Part shown: one piece after another, positions 52,998 to 64,000 of the stretch
Layout: each line of letters begins with the position of its first letter
Position numbering within the stretch: the first letter of the stretch is position 1
Source: Sarea resinae
Taxonomy: Eukaryota
Length of the DNA stretch: 64,000 nt
Direction of reading: 5' to 3'
Assembly (NCBI GenBank): GCA_026026165.1
Contig: JAPEUD010000055.1
Coordinates: forward strand, 1-64,000
Translations under genes and position numbers: made by a program
The notes under the pieces: model-generated
Seen by the model: the letters and a program-made list of their open reading frames with translations, nothing else
Told to the model about the DNA's origin: nothing
Database searches by the model: none

Positions 52998-53484
52998 GTG
53001 ACGTGCCGCGATTCATTCGGGAGTGGAAATTCATCATGGGCTTTGTGGGCATCTGATTTGAGGATGGAGGAGCAAATTATGTATATATTCATGAGGCTCC
53101 AAGGTTGGTTGGACAGGTATCATCCTGGGGCAAGGCTGAGTGGGATACATATATAGCACTTACGATCTGCATACAATTTCAATACTAGCACATTCAATCC
53201 TTTTGAATCTTTTATTCATTACTTCGTTTACAGTGCGTTATTCGTTGTTTTGCCAAGAATGTCCAATTGGCCCTTTCCTCCATATTTCAACCGACAATAA
53301 CTCCTTTTCAAGAATGACATGCATGTCTTCGCTTCAAATCTCCCGCTCTCATGAAACACCTGGCTGAAGAAAAGTTCAATCCCAGAACTTTTCCTTTGAA
53401 TCCTCGATTTGCCGTAGTCAAGAACTCAGAAACGGCAAGATTTTGTAAGTCCACATCCAACATTCAAACCGGATGCCTTAGCAG

Positions 53485-54396
53485 TCACCCCGACTTCCAA
53501 ACAAGCTGAGAGATTTTCCCCGAACTCGGACCTCCCTCGGACGCCGTCGAACCACCCGACATCTTTCTTCCTTCCGTCATCATCCCCGCCGCCGCGCTCG
53601 CCATCCCGGGATGCGACCTCGAAGGCCTTATGCCAAAATAGCCCTCTTCGGGACTCCGACTCCCACTTCCCTCCCTCCAGCTAGGCCTACTAGCAGTCGC
53701 AGGCGGCGTCCTCGCATTCCTCGAGCTGACACGGACAGGCGAAATAGACAGCGCGTCCGAGCTCCGCCTCAAGCCACGAGGGTGAACAGCGGCACCAGCG
53801 TCATAGAACGGCATCGTAGAACGCAGCGAGGTCTGGCTGCTCGAGGTCAGCGAGCGGCGATGTCGGCGTGGCCGTGGGTTGGGCGGGTCGCCGATCACGC
53901 CTGCCGGCAGCTCGAGACGCGAGTACAGTGAAGCCCAGAGCGCCTCTTCTTCTGCACGTCCTGGGGCGCGCCACCCGCCTATGCCTTCGAAGTCGCGGTC
54001 CACGGGGTTTGGGGTAAAGGTGGAGATTTTGGCGCTGGTAGTGTGCGGCGACGAGCGTGCTTCGGCGACGGGGCTGGTGGAGCTGGTGCCGCTGCCGCTG
54101 CTGCTGCGGCGTTTTCTGCGGTGGTGGAAGGAACGGAAGTCGCTTGGTGATGGTACTGCGACCGGTTGGTAAAGGGGCTTCGATGAGGATAGTCTTTCCT
54201 TCTGGAGTTTGACCGGATCCATGGATTCGAAGAGGTAGTTTTGGATCACGGCGAGAGCCATTTCCAGATAGACTACTAGAGCGCGGAAGAAGAGCGTTGA
54301 AAAGGCCAGGGTCGTGGTAAGGGTTGCCAGAGCTGCAAGGGGCAGGGCAAAGATGACGAGAAGGGGTGGCACGAGGAGGTGAAGTGGATTGGGCAT
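53485..54396 (-). CDS. Hypothetical protein with long N-terminal hydrophobic segment and Ser/Arg-rich tail
   Basis: About 303 aa from MPNPLHLLVPP; ~45-residue hydrophobic stretch; ordered-looking blocks RDFEGIGGWR and LWASLYSRLELP. Confidence 0.75.
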   Translation of the reverse strand: MPNPLHLLVPPLLVIFALPLAALATLTTTLAFSTLFFRALVVYLEMALAVIQNYLFESMDPVKLQKERLSSSKPLYQPVAVPSPSDFRSFHHRRKRRSSSGSGTSSTSPVAEARSSPHTTSAKISTFTPNPVDRDFEGIGGWRAPGRAEEEALWASLYSRLELPAGVIGDPPNPRPRRHRRSLTSSSQTSLRSTMPFYDAGAAVHPRGLRRSSDALSISPVRVSSRNARTPPATASRPSWREGSGSRSPEEGYFGIRPSRSHPGMASAAAGMMTEGRKMSGGSTASEGGPSSGKISQLVWKSG

Positions 54397-54834
54397 CTTT
54401 TTGAGAATGATGCCGGCTTGATAGTATTTTTGGAGGACGCCGGGGTGAGGTGAGGGGAGCTTGAAACGATATATGTCAAAGCATGATGAATGAAAAGGTC
54501 GGGAGCGAGATCGATAGGAATTGAGCACGGATCTGCTGTCAAAGCGGTAAATTGACAGCTGTCATGTTATTCATCCTCAAGAAGGAGGGGAAGGCAAGAG
54601 GAGACAACAAAGGCACGTGAAGTCTGGGGAAGACGGGCCAGGCGTGGGGAAGGACAAGGGTAGTTGTCGATACGATGTGATATGATTAGATCTGATCTAC
54701 CCGATAAGATCTTACATACAGATCCGACGTCATGTTGATCCCCTTTCCCACCGCGAACTGATGCGCCGCACTTGACCAAGTCTATCAGTATAGAATGCAG
54801 CTCAACCGGGCCTTGGTTGATCTGTCTCTGCATC

Positions 54835-56217
54835 ATGGCAACCTCTTCGACGGAGCCGTTTCCCTGGCATCTCGGTGTATTCGACGCCCACTGCCACCCC
54901 ACAGACACGATGTCCAGCATCTCGTCCATCCCGTCCATGAAAGCCAAAGTCCTCGTAACAATGGCAACGCGCGCTGAAGATCAGGACCTCATGGCACGCA
55001 TAGCGTCTGATCTAGCCCCCTCTCCCACGGATATCTCGACTCTGAAATCCTACCTTCTCTCGTTGACCTCGCGCTTAGAAGAAGCCCCTAGAGACGAAAC
55101 CCACGAGCCGCCCTCAGAAATCCCAGATATCCAGAACGGCATCATCCCTTCCTTTGGGTGGCATCCCTGGTTCTCGCATCACCTTTATGATGACACAAAC
55201 AATCATGCCCCATCCACTGGCTCATCCACCCCTGCCTCAGACAAAATATCACACTACCGTACCGTCCTGACGCCATCGCCTTCCCTCTCCCCGGAAGACG
55301 AAGACGCCTCCGCTTTCATATCCGCCCTCCCTGCCCCTACCGCGCTATCGGCATACCTTTCAACTCTCCGCGGCCACCTCTCCGAGTACCCGTACGCGCT
55401 GATCGGCGAGATCGGCCTCGACCGCTCTTTTCGCCTCCCAAACCCCTGGACGTCCCAAGAAAACTCTACGCGCGACACGTCGCTCACACCAGGTGGTCGT
55501 GAGAGGCGGCGTCTGTCGCCCTATCGCGTGAGTATCGACCACCAGCGCGCCATCCTACTAGCGCAACTGCGTCTGGCTGGGGAAATGGGCCGTGCGGTCT
55601 CCGTGCACGGCGTGCAAGCGCACGGCGCCGTCTTCGAGACTCTCCGGGAGACGTGGAGGGAGTGCGAGGACAAGTGGGAAAGCAGGTCATCCAGAAAGAG
55701 AAGAGGAAGCGTCAAAGAGGCGCACGTGAACGAGGAGGAAGACGACGAGAAGGAGAACGAGACGGAAAACGATGCTGACTCAAAAGACACCGCCGCCACC
55801 AAGTCTAGAACTAGACCCGCACCCTACCCGCCAAGGATATGCCTCCACTCCTTCTCGGGTCCTCCAGAGACAATGCAGCAATACATACGCGCCCTACCTT
55901 CCCGCTCCTCGACCTTCTCCCCCTCCTCCTCCTCCTCGACCCCTGCGCCGCCACAAATCTTCTTCTCTTTCTCATCCACGATCAACTTCACGCCGCCGTC
56001 CTCCCCAGCAGCCAGTCGCGCCAGCGCCGTCATTGCCGCCGCGCCCGCGGACCGCATCCTCGTGGAGAGCGATCTGCACGAGGCGGGCGAGCGCATGGAC
56101 GGCATGCTCGAGAGCGCCGTCCGGAAGGTGTGTGAGATTCGCGGATGGCCGCTTGAGGACGGAGTATGCACCCTGGGGCGGAATTGGGCGGCTTTTGTCT
56201 TCGGTGTGGGTGGGTAG
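54835..56217 (+). CDS. TatD-family metal-dependent hydrolase (Scn1/YMR262W-like)
   Basis: FDAHCHP, FGWHPW, IGEIGLDR, SVHGVQAHG, CLHSFSG and ILVESD metal-binding motifs. Confidence 0.9.
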   Translation: MATSSTEPFPWHLGVFDAHCHPTDTMSSISSIPSMKAKVLVTMATRAEDQDLMARIASDLAPSPTDISTLKSYLLSLTSRLEEAPRDETHEPPSEIPDIQNGIIPSFGWHPWFSHHLYDDTNNHAPSTGSSTPASDKISHYRTVLTPSPSLSPEDEDASAFISALPAPTALSAYLSTLRGHLSEYPYALIGEIGLDRSFRLPNPWTSQENSTRDTSLTPGGRERRRLSPYRVSIDHQRAILLAQLRLAGEMGRAVSVHGVQAHGAVFETLRETWRECEDKWESRSSRKRRGSVKEAHVNEEEDDEKENETENDADSKDTAATKSRTRPAPYPPRICLHSFSGPPETMQQYIRALPSRSSTFSPSSSSSTPAPPQIFFSFSSTINFTPPSSPAASRASAVIAAAPADRILVESDLHEAGERMDGMLESAVRKVCEIRGWPLEDGVCTLGRNWAAFVFGVGG

Positions 56218-57114
56218 GTTTGGAGACATGGGATATATATATATATATGTATGTGTGTGTGTATGTGTGTGTGGAAAAGACGAGTATGTGATGGGGTGGA
56301 TATACATGCAGATAGATATATAGATAGAGACCTAAGTACAGACCGAAACCCGACTTTGAAATACAAAAGCCAGTCCGTTTCCATTTCCATTTCCAGTCTC
56401 TCTGTCTCATATCTCTCAAGTCTCCCATCTTTTCACTCCAATGTCAGTGATTCTTCATTTCCATTGAGATATTTAAGAAAAACAAGATTCGGAGCCAAGA
56501 CAAGCATCAAAGCACGAGGCAAGAGCATGAGTCCATTTAATCCATATACCCATAGATTCGTCAATCGCTCACTGCCTCACCTACCTGGCCTAAGGATAAG
56601 GGATACGGGATACAAGACACGTTGCCTACACTGCCTACACGAGCTCCGAAATTGGGGATACAGGATACAGAGCACAGCCTAGATGGCTTCATCGAAGGAA
56701 GTTTGGCGGGAGGGATCAGGAGGAGGTGAAGGAATAGGATCAAGGATAGGGGCAGTGCGAGTGGTCGAAGGATTGGCGGATGGGATTGGAGTGGAGGATC
56801 AAGTATTACTCTAAAATTTATTCTAGTCTTAGAGTCTACAAGAAAAAAGAGAGAGAGGAATTGATAGCCATTGCACCCAATATACTTTAGCACCTCCTCG
56901 TCTTTACAGCATTAGTTGATAATTTCATCCGACGCTGCTGTCGCTGCTTTTTTGTTCTTCCGTGTGAAACGTACGATCACCGCATGCTGTGCCACTTATT
57001 CCGATGTAATGCCATGCCATGTAATCTCAAATGTTTCTATAATTGCTCCCCATCTCTCTCTGCTCCGCCCTCCCTCCTATCCCTCGCTTCTCAAAGTTGA
57101 ATTCGACAACCCCT

Positions 57115-58339
57115 CTAGATTCCGGGGCTCTCCTCTAGCACCTTCAGCTGCTCGGCCAGCACTTTGCTCACGCTGCTCCTTTCGCGCATCCTCTGCCTCC
57201 ACGCATACCAGACGGGATAGGCCGCCTTGAGCTTCTCGCTCTCGGCCTTCTCGGCCTCTTCGCCGCCGTTGGCGGTCAAGTTAAATTCGAGGCGATGATC
57301 CCACATCAGGAAGACGAGATCGGCGTACGAACACTTGCCGCCGACGAGCCACTCGCCGCCGGCGTCGGTGAGCGCGCGGTTGAGGACGCCGACCACGCGG
57401 CGGATCTCGTTGCGGTAGCGCTCGATGGCCGATGGGATCTTCTCCGGGTGGTACCGTGAGAACCACATGCACTGGCCGTAGTAGGGCCCCTGGCCGCTGA
57501 CCTGGAAGTGCAGGAATTGCTGCTGGTACCAGTGGTCCGGCGAGGTCGGCGGCGCGTGCAGCTGGTAGGTCGGGTCGTATGTGGAGAGCAGGTACATGAT
57601 GATGGCGCCGGATTCCCACAGCGTGAGGCCCGTGTTCGGGTCGTGGAGGGAGGGGACGCGGCCGTTTGGGTTGATGCTCTCGTATGCTGGCTCTTTCATC
57701 GTCTTCATTTGCTGATAGATCGGCTCGTACGGTAGGCCGAGTTCGGTGAGGATGATGGCGACTTTCCATGGGTTGGGCCCTAGGGCTATGTGGTGCGTGC
57801 AGGGCATTGGTCAGCTGAGACCTTGATACTCAAGACCTTGAGACAGGGAGTAGGGTGAACGGAGGAAGAGTCAAACAAGGAAAAGACACGCCCTGGGCGG
57901 GTCAAGCTTATTGGCATTTCCCCTCATAGCTTTTGTGCGTTTCACTATAAGGGGCGTCCAAAAGAGAGAGAAGAGATCATGCAAAAGAGGAGAGATCAAG
58001 TAAGAGAGAGATGGAAAAAGCAGCAAAGAGAAGTCATAATTTATCGTGACCAACAATCCCAAATAGATTTCAGTCCTGCTCCAGGCCTGTACCACAGCTT
58101 TTCCATACAACAGTATTCTAACAAGACTTCCCCACCCCCGCACACCTCCCGGCTCTTATTCTATGGCAGCACAAGAAAACAACAGACGATATGGGCACGT
58201 GACAGACAGACAGACAGACAATGTAAACAGTACAGCATGGCAGACAGGAAGACTTACAATGCGAGTACAACACCAATGGCTTCAAAGCCTTCTTATCACC
58301 CGTATAGGGCTGGATCTGGGAGGAGGTGGCTTGCGCCAT
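57115..58339 (-). CDS. Glutathione S-transferase, Ure2p-like; exons 58339-58258, 57785-57115
   Basis: Spliced LVLYSHSLGPNPWKV, INPNGRVP, LWESGAI, FQVSGQGPYYGQ, SYADL. Confidence 0.92.
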
Positions 58340-59145
58340 TTTGGCCTGTATACAATAGCTCAAGGCGCGGACGGCAGAGAATGGACAATTGACTTTTTTT
58401 AAATCGAATTGTTCCCGAGAAAGGTGGAGGCACTGAGAAGAGAAGATAGAGTAGGTGCCTGGGTTCCATGGATCTGAGTTATATATTTCGACTTATCTCC
58501 TCCCCCGTCATCCTTCCCCCGCTGCTTGCTCAGCAAATATTACCAATCCGCCCCCGCCCCACAGCGGCAGCACCAACACCACAACATCAAACCCTTACCT
58601 CATAGGTGCTCTATACGACGGGCAATGGTGGTCAACATAAACATGACAACAACAAGGTAAGGTGAGTATCGTACTCTACGCGAGGCTCCATGGACATTGA
58701 TTGATTACCATGTCATTCTCATGCCGTCTTGGAATACAATGCGAGATGCTTACAAACCCACATTTTTTTATAGTTTCTGGACATCAAGATTCTCCTCTCG
58801 TCGTTCCTTGATTTGAGGCTATTTGAGAGGGGTCCCCTCCCTCTTCTTCCCTTCCCCTCCCGCTCGTTCTCCCTGCGGCATGCGTGCTGTTGCGTGTTAT
58901 GGATGCCATTGTCTACCCCACTATGAGGACCCCTGAGACCCCTAGGACCAAATCCTAGGCAGGTCCAAACCGGGCTGCTGACAGCAGCAGTGTAAGTTTC
59001 CTGAAGGATCCCAATCACAATCGAATTGAAACTCTCTCCATTGTTAATCTCTCAGGCGGGCGGCCATGTTTCGTGCTGACGATTCCAAGCTCCGTGTGTC
59101 GTCTCGTACTCGGTACTCAGTAGGAGCTCGAAACGCAGAGTAAGC

Positions 59146-59239
59146 TTAGTAAGTGATATATGCATGAGAGATTGATGCTGCTCGTTTCCAATGTTACACG
59201 GAAACATCGGTGGCGTGGATCTGCGATGCCGATTACTAA
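59146..59239. promoter_or_regulatory. Two Yap1/AP-1-type elements (TTAGTAA 59146-59152, TTACTAA 59233-59239) upstream of the GST
   Basis: Exact matches to the TTACTAA consensus about 0.8-0.9 kb upstream of the GST ATG; function inferred. Confidence 0.4.
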
Positions 59240-59817
59240 TCAGGAGCTACTATGTACGCCCTCACCGCTTGATCCCCCACTACTGTGCTCGTACGCCCTG
59301 CGTGCCAACGTCGGACCTGTCTGGTGGCTGCTTACCAAACCAAGTCATCCCATAATTCGAATTCGCATTTGGTGCAATGAGCAGCATGAGAAATGGATGT
59401 GCGTGGATGGTGGTGGATGGTAGGGATGAAACTCTCGGTTTCTCGCCGGCCAACCCAATCACATCACATCATGCACGTCACGAGAAGCACGAAAGATAGG
59501 TATGTTGGAAAGAATTATTATATGTTGGATGCCACGTCCCGACACCAAGGTGATAGAAATGCCCAGTCCCATTCCCAGAATCTTACAATATATAAGTATT
59601 GATGCTTTCGCAAATGACGTATCCCCTCCCTGATCCCAATGTCATATTCATACCGTCTGCCCACATTGCCGACGAACCCCATAAACGCCGCCCTTGAAAG
59701 AGCCCTGAAAAGGGGCAAAGAAAAGACACCCAAAAGATGAAAGCCCTCCTTACGAAAAAGTACGATCGTACACACACACGCGCACACACACACACGGTCA
59801 GGCCAGATCAGATTAGA

Positions 59818-60276
59818 TCAGACCCACACGCTCTGATAGCCCTGCATCATCATGCCGCCCGTGTAGGCTTTGATCAGTGCCACAAAGGCCGTGTAGACGG
59901 TGAAGAACCAGATCAGGTAAACGGCGCCCATGAGCGCCAGCGACGCTTTTGCTGGTTTCTTGGGCTTGAGCTTGAGCATCTTGGTCAGTCGCGCCGGCTT
60001 GATTGGCGGGACCGGGAGCGGCGTTGGCGCCTTGAGCGTCGCGGGCCGCTGGCGGATCTCGAGTTTTGCTGGCCGGCGTCTGGGCGTTGCGCGTGGGGCT
60101 GCGACCGAGGTGGCGGTGGTGGAGAGGGGCTTGATCGATGTCGTCGTTGGCGGTGTGATAATTAATTTGGGAGATTTCTGATGTGCGGGTTTTGGTGATG
60201 GTGGCGGGGTAATTAAAGGAGTTATTCGAGTAGAGTGTTTGGTATGTAATGAGGTATTGGGGGGAAGGGATACGAG
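59818..60276 (-). CDS. 152-codon open frame ending in a transmembrane segment; either the post-TGA continuation of the BTB gene or a 53-aa protein from ATG 59979
   Basis: No stop from 60276 to 59821; Pro/Thr/basic linker, then KMLKLKPKKPAKASLALMGAVYLIWFFTVYTAFVALIKAYTGGMMMQGYQSVWV; C/G-ending codons in the 3' half. Confidence 0.55.
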   Translation of the reverse strand, partial: LVSLPPNTSLHTKHSTRITPLITPPPSPKPAHQKSPKLIITPPTTTSIKPLSTTATSVAAPRATPRRRPAKLEIRQRPATLKAPTPLPVPPIKPARLTKMLKLKPKKPAKASLALMGAVYLIWFFTVYTAFVALIKAYTGGMMMQGYQSVWV

Positions 60277-61324
60277 TCAATCGCTGTTGCTGGGACTGGG
60301 ACTGGGACTAGGACTGCTGAGGTTGCGGGCATGATTAGGCAGGTCGGAAGTGGTGCTGTTTGCGGCGCTTGTCGCTCTGTTTCGTGGCCAGTCAGTGTGG
60401 TGCTCTAGTAACAACGACCACATGGACAATCAAGCAATCCAGTAAGCAAAGTGTGAAGTTACCTCTCTTTCCCTTTGTTGATTTTCTTCAGCTTCCTTCC
60501 ACTTCCATTTCCATTGGTGTTATCACACGTCTGCCCATCCTCGTGCTCATGGAAAGTACACTGCGTCTCTTCGCTCGTCGGGTCAGGGAATAGACTGCCG
60601 CCAGCACCCTCACGAATCGCATTGACGAGATCAACGGCGAATTCCGGGTCCCCTTCGAAACAGCATCGGTAAGAACTCGCATCTTTATCTTGTTCCGGGT
60701 CCATAATCTGCCTTGCGGCGATCTTGGTCATCAATTTGCGCAACGGCGTACCCGGCGCTGCCTTTTCGTAGATGGGCTTGATCTCCTCCGGATCGGGGAC
60801 TAAGCCGGCTTCATACATGCCGTGTCGGTATTGGTCGATCGCACGGTTCTTGAGCGAGGGCATCTGGAGTTTTTCGCACAGCACGTAGAGTTTTTGACAT
60901 GAGACGGCGTAATCCCATTTCTTGTCGTCTGGTAGATCTGCCACCGGCGCGAGAGTACCCTGGTAGAGGTATTTGACCAACAATTCGAAGCCCCGAGGGT
61001 CTTCTTCGGGGAGCTCGAGGGTTTGCTGTTTTTTCTTTAGGTCCCCGGAAAATCCCTCTTCGAAAAAAGGGGAGTGATGGACGAGAAGATTGCGGTGGAG
61101 CGACCAATGGTGCTTTTCTTCGCCAACGTAAATGTCGAGCGTGGGACCTGACAGTAGTCTTTTGGGGGGTGGAAAAAGAGGCATGAGCTTAGCGGATGGT
61201 ACCAGGGTTAACTGAAGATAGAATTGGGAGTGAAGGGGCGGAACGATAGAGATGGGAAGGACTCGACTCACTCTGCGTAGGTTTGCGCCGAGGCGTCGCC
61301 GATATTAGGATTGGTCTCGGCCAT
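60277..61324 (-). CDS. BTB/POZ domain protein; exons 61324-61272, 61158-60463 and probable 60376-60277 (or stop at 60459 if intron 2 is retained)
   Basis: IYVGEEKHHWSLHRNLLVHHSPFF, LELPEEDPRGFELLVKYLYQG, KLYVLCEKLQMPSLKNRAID, CTFHEH; the 3' structure is uncertain. Confidence 0.85.
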
Positions 61325-62136
61325 GCGAAACGGGCCGTGGTTCGCGTACGCAAAGTCTCGGTATAGAATGCGCAGGTCGTTGTGCGAGTGGCGCATAGAA
61401 GGCCGTGATGCGAAATGGGTGTGGAGGGAGGACCGGAGGGTATTGATTATATATTAGAGTAAATTGAGTTGCAGACGTGAACGGACGGACCCTCGAGGCG
61501 CATTTAGTCCAGATGTTTGCGACGATGACGATGAGGAGGATGCGACGGCCATGACGATGTCTGTGTCTTCCCCAGCCACTTTCGAGAACGAACGATTGCG
61601 CTTGCGCTCGCGCGGTGCGACGTCCCCTCTCGCGCGATTCGAGTCCGAACTGGGCACATTCTGGGCAGATTCCCTGATCTGATGGTTTGGATTGGGTTAG
61701 TGGATGACTGAGTTGGGCGATAGACTCATGTGGCTGGCCGCTGAGCGGGGCTAGACGAGCAGACGAACGCCAAGGACGGGGGAGAGGAGGGGAGGGGAGG
61801 GGAGGGGAGGGGCGGGGAATGGAAGCGGAATGGAAACTTGGAAACCCTAAATGTATCTGCCCTAATTCGTAAATTGATGGGAACGGCCGCCAGGGAGCAT
61901 GTTGATTGGTGTAATGGCTGTCAGTAGAAGTACTCCTCAAGTCACGCGTGGCCGTCGTGCCACTAAGTACCGGTACCTGTCTCGTCATTCAACGCGTCTC
62001 CTTAAGCTGAACACGCGAATCCACGCTTCCACGCGTATACATCGCCCTCCATGATCAATCGGCAACGCCATCCAAGTCAACAGACCGATTTGGCACTTCT
62101 CGACCACCATTGCAGCTTCATCATGCACCACTCGAC

Positions 62137-64000
62137 ATGACTTCCCCGTCCTCACCACCCTCGTTTCCATCTTCCTTCGACCCGGCCCTCCATCTCGAGA
62201 ATGAAGACTTCCCACCACCGATAATCCTCACCTCAGAAAGCAACGCCGAAGAGCTCGAAGCCATCCGTCTGCAGCACGAGGAATCAATCGTTACGAAGAA
62301 TCGACAAGGAACCGTCATCCAGCATCGAGCCTGGAAGCTCGGGGAAGCGTTTCGGAGCGAGGAGGATTATCACATAGGTTGGCTGCTCTGCACGCTGCTC
62401 CAGGACGCATGGTCATTGGGTGTGCTAATCTGTATGGTTTCTAGATACACCTCTGTCCAAGCGCAGAAGAATTGACTCTGGCAAATCTCTATTTTCAACC
62501 AGCTCGGATAATCTACCATCCTCTCCTCCTTCGTTCACCATGCCATCTGTTTCCTCGCCAGTGGCATACCCTCCCAGCTCCCCAACTTCGCATCCGGCCA
62601 AGAAGACGGAGGAGTTGAGAAAGGCATATAATAAGCCCGAAAATGTCTCTACGAAGCCTCAGCAGAGGATGCTGGCTGGCTTTCTCATGGACGAAGAAGA
62701 GGAGGACGGCAATGACGCTTTGGAATGGGCACAATTCGATGCAGTCACGGCCGCAGATCAAGCCCGATTGGGGCCGCCAAAGCAAGACACCTGCCCTGTT
62801 GAATTGCCCAAACCGGTTCCTGGGTCGAAAGCGAAGTTGGGCGGTAGATTATCTCTCAAGATGGACTCGGTCTTCCGTTTACCGCCGGTCGTGGATGATC
62901 CCCCACGTGTTGAGATCACCTCTTCATCAATCGGCCCAAGTTTCAAACGGAAGATAACTTCAATTCGGACTTGTTCTGGAAAGGCATTTCCTGTAACGAG
63001 CAAAACCGCGAAACCCATTATCCCTTTCGAGGAGCTCATTGCATCTCGGTCTACCGCTGCGCCTGGCCGAGCTAAGAAGAGCTATTACGGTATCGATATT
63101 CACCAGCTCCTGGACGAGGCAAAAGAGGCGGACAAAGTGGAAGCCGAGAGACTTCAGACGGAACCTAGGAGCCCTGTACCTTCCGTCGAGAGCAGGCCTC
63201 CTGCTCCAGCAACAACCAAAAGCGGGAGGACCTTGATGTGGACGGAAAAATACCGGGCTAAGAAGTTCACAGACCTGGTCGGAGATGAGCGAACGCATCG
63301 AACTGTTCTCCGGTGGCTGAAAGGCTGGGATCCGATTGTGTTTCCCCAGTCGGGAAAGCCAAAGAGAAACCCTAAAGCTACGGACGGCAATCCGGAAGAA
63401 AGACCACATCGAAAAATATTGCTTCTGACGGGGCCCCCAGGTCTTGGGAAGACGACGTTGGCGCACGTCTGTGCCAGGCAGGCCGGCTACGAGGTCCTGG
63501 AGATCAACGCCAGTGACGAGAGAAGCCGAGATGTTGTGAAAGGAAGAATCCGTGATAGTGTCGGGACCGAAAACGTAAAGGGTCTCGGCGAGAAGACAGC
63601 TAACGGCAAAGCCAGAAAAGCAAGCAGACCTGTTTGTGTCGTGGTAGACGAAGTAGATGGAGTTGTCGGTGGCGGTAGTGGCGGTGAAGGGGGCTTCGTC
63701 AAGGCTTTGATAGACCTGGTGATGCTGGACCAGAAGAACTCGAACGCTTTAAGTACTGCAAACCAGTCTACCGCGAGTAAACGAAAAAAGAAAGGAGACA
63801 ATTTCCGGCTACTTCGACCGCTGATTCTGATCTGCAATGATGTCTATCATCCGGCTCTCCGTCCCCTACGGCAATCCAGTCTGGCAGAAGTCGTCCACAT
63901 TCGAAAGCCTCCACTCAATATGGTTGTGGCGAGAGTAAAGACAATATTCGAAAAAGAAGGCTTTCTCTGTGACGGCGATGGGGTTAGACGACTTTGTGAA
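62137..64000 (+). CDS. CTF18: Chromosome transmission fidelity protein Ctf18 (RFC-like clamp loader), truncated by window end; exons 62137-62377, 62445-64000
   Basis: LMWTEKYRAKKFTDLVGDERTHRTVLRWLKGWD, Walker A GPPGLGKTT, EINASDERS, Walker B VVVDEVDG, RPLILICND. Confidence 0.95.

Noticed and set aside
39877..58339. MFS pump, GST and hydrolase as a detoxification or secondary-metabolite cluster
   Set aside because: Separated by housekeeping genes, with no PKS, NRPS, terpene synthase or pathway regulator.

Overview
Gene-dense, intron-containing DNA from a filamentous ascomycete (Pezizomycotina-type GT-AG introns with CTRAY branch points). I support 19 protein-coding genes, mostly housekeeping: a mitochondrial K+/H+ exchange-related protein, KRE6/SKN1, a ThDP-dependent enzyme, a CRIB-like hypothetical protein, HFL1/TMEM184, CSF1, EF-2, an RBM26/27-like protein, an ATR1-like MFS pump, IRC3, RRN5, RSC8/SWI3, ETF-alpha, a hypothetical membrane protein, a TatD/Scn1-like protein, a GST, a BTB protein and a partial CTF18. 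The 19th is a transmembrane-ending ORF that may be part of the BTB gene. I recognised no tRNA, rRNA, CRISPR array, transposon or secondary-metabolite backbone gene. Best leads: (1) the BTB gene, whose spliced frame is broken by one TGA-C and then stays open for 152 codons to a C-terminal membrane anchor (readthrough candidate); (2) a start codon split by an intron plus a GC-AG intron in the ThDP enzyme; (3) a GC-AG-spliced first exon adding a Cys-Cys motif to a CRIB-like protein; (4) a structured island in an unusually long GST intron; (5) GC-rich gene ends flanking microsatellite islands. Exon coordinates were read by hand and family calls come from motif recognition, not database searches.
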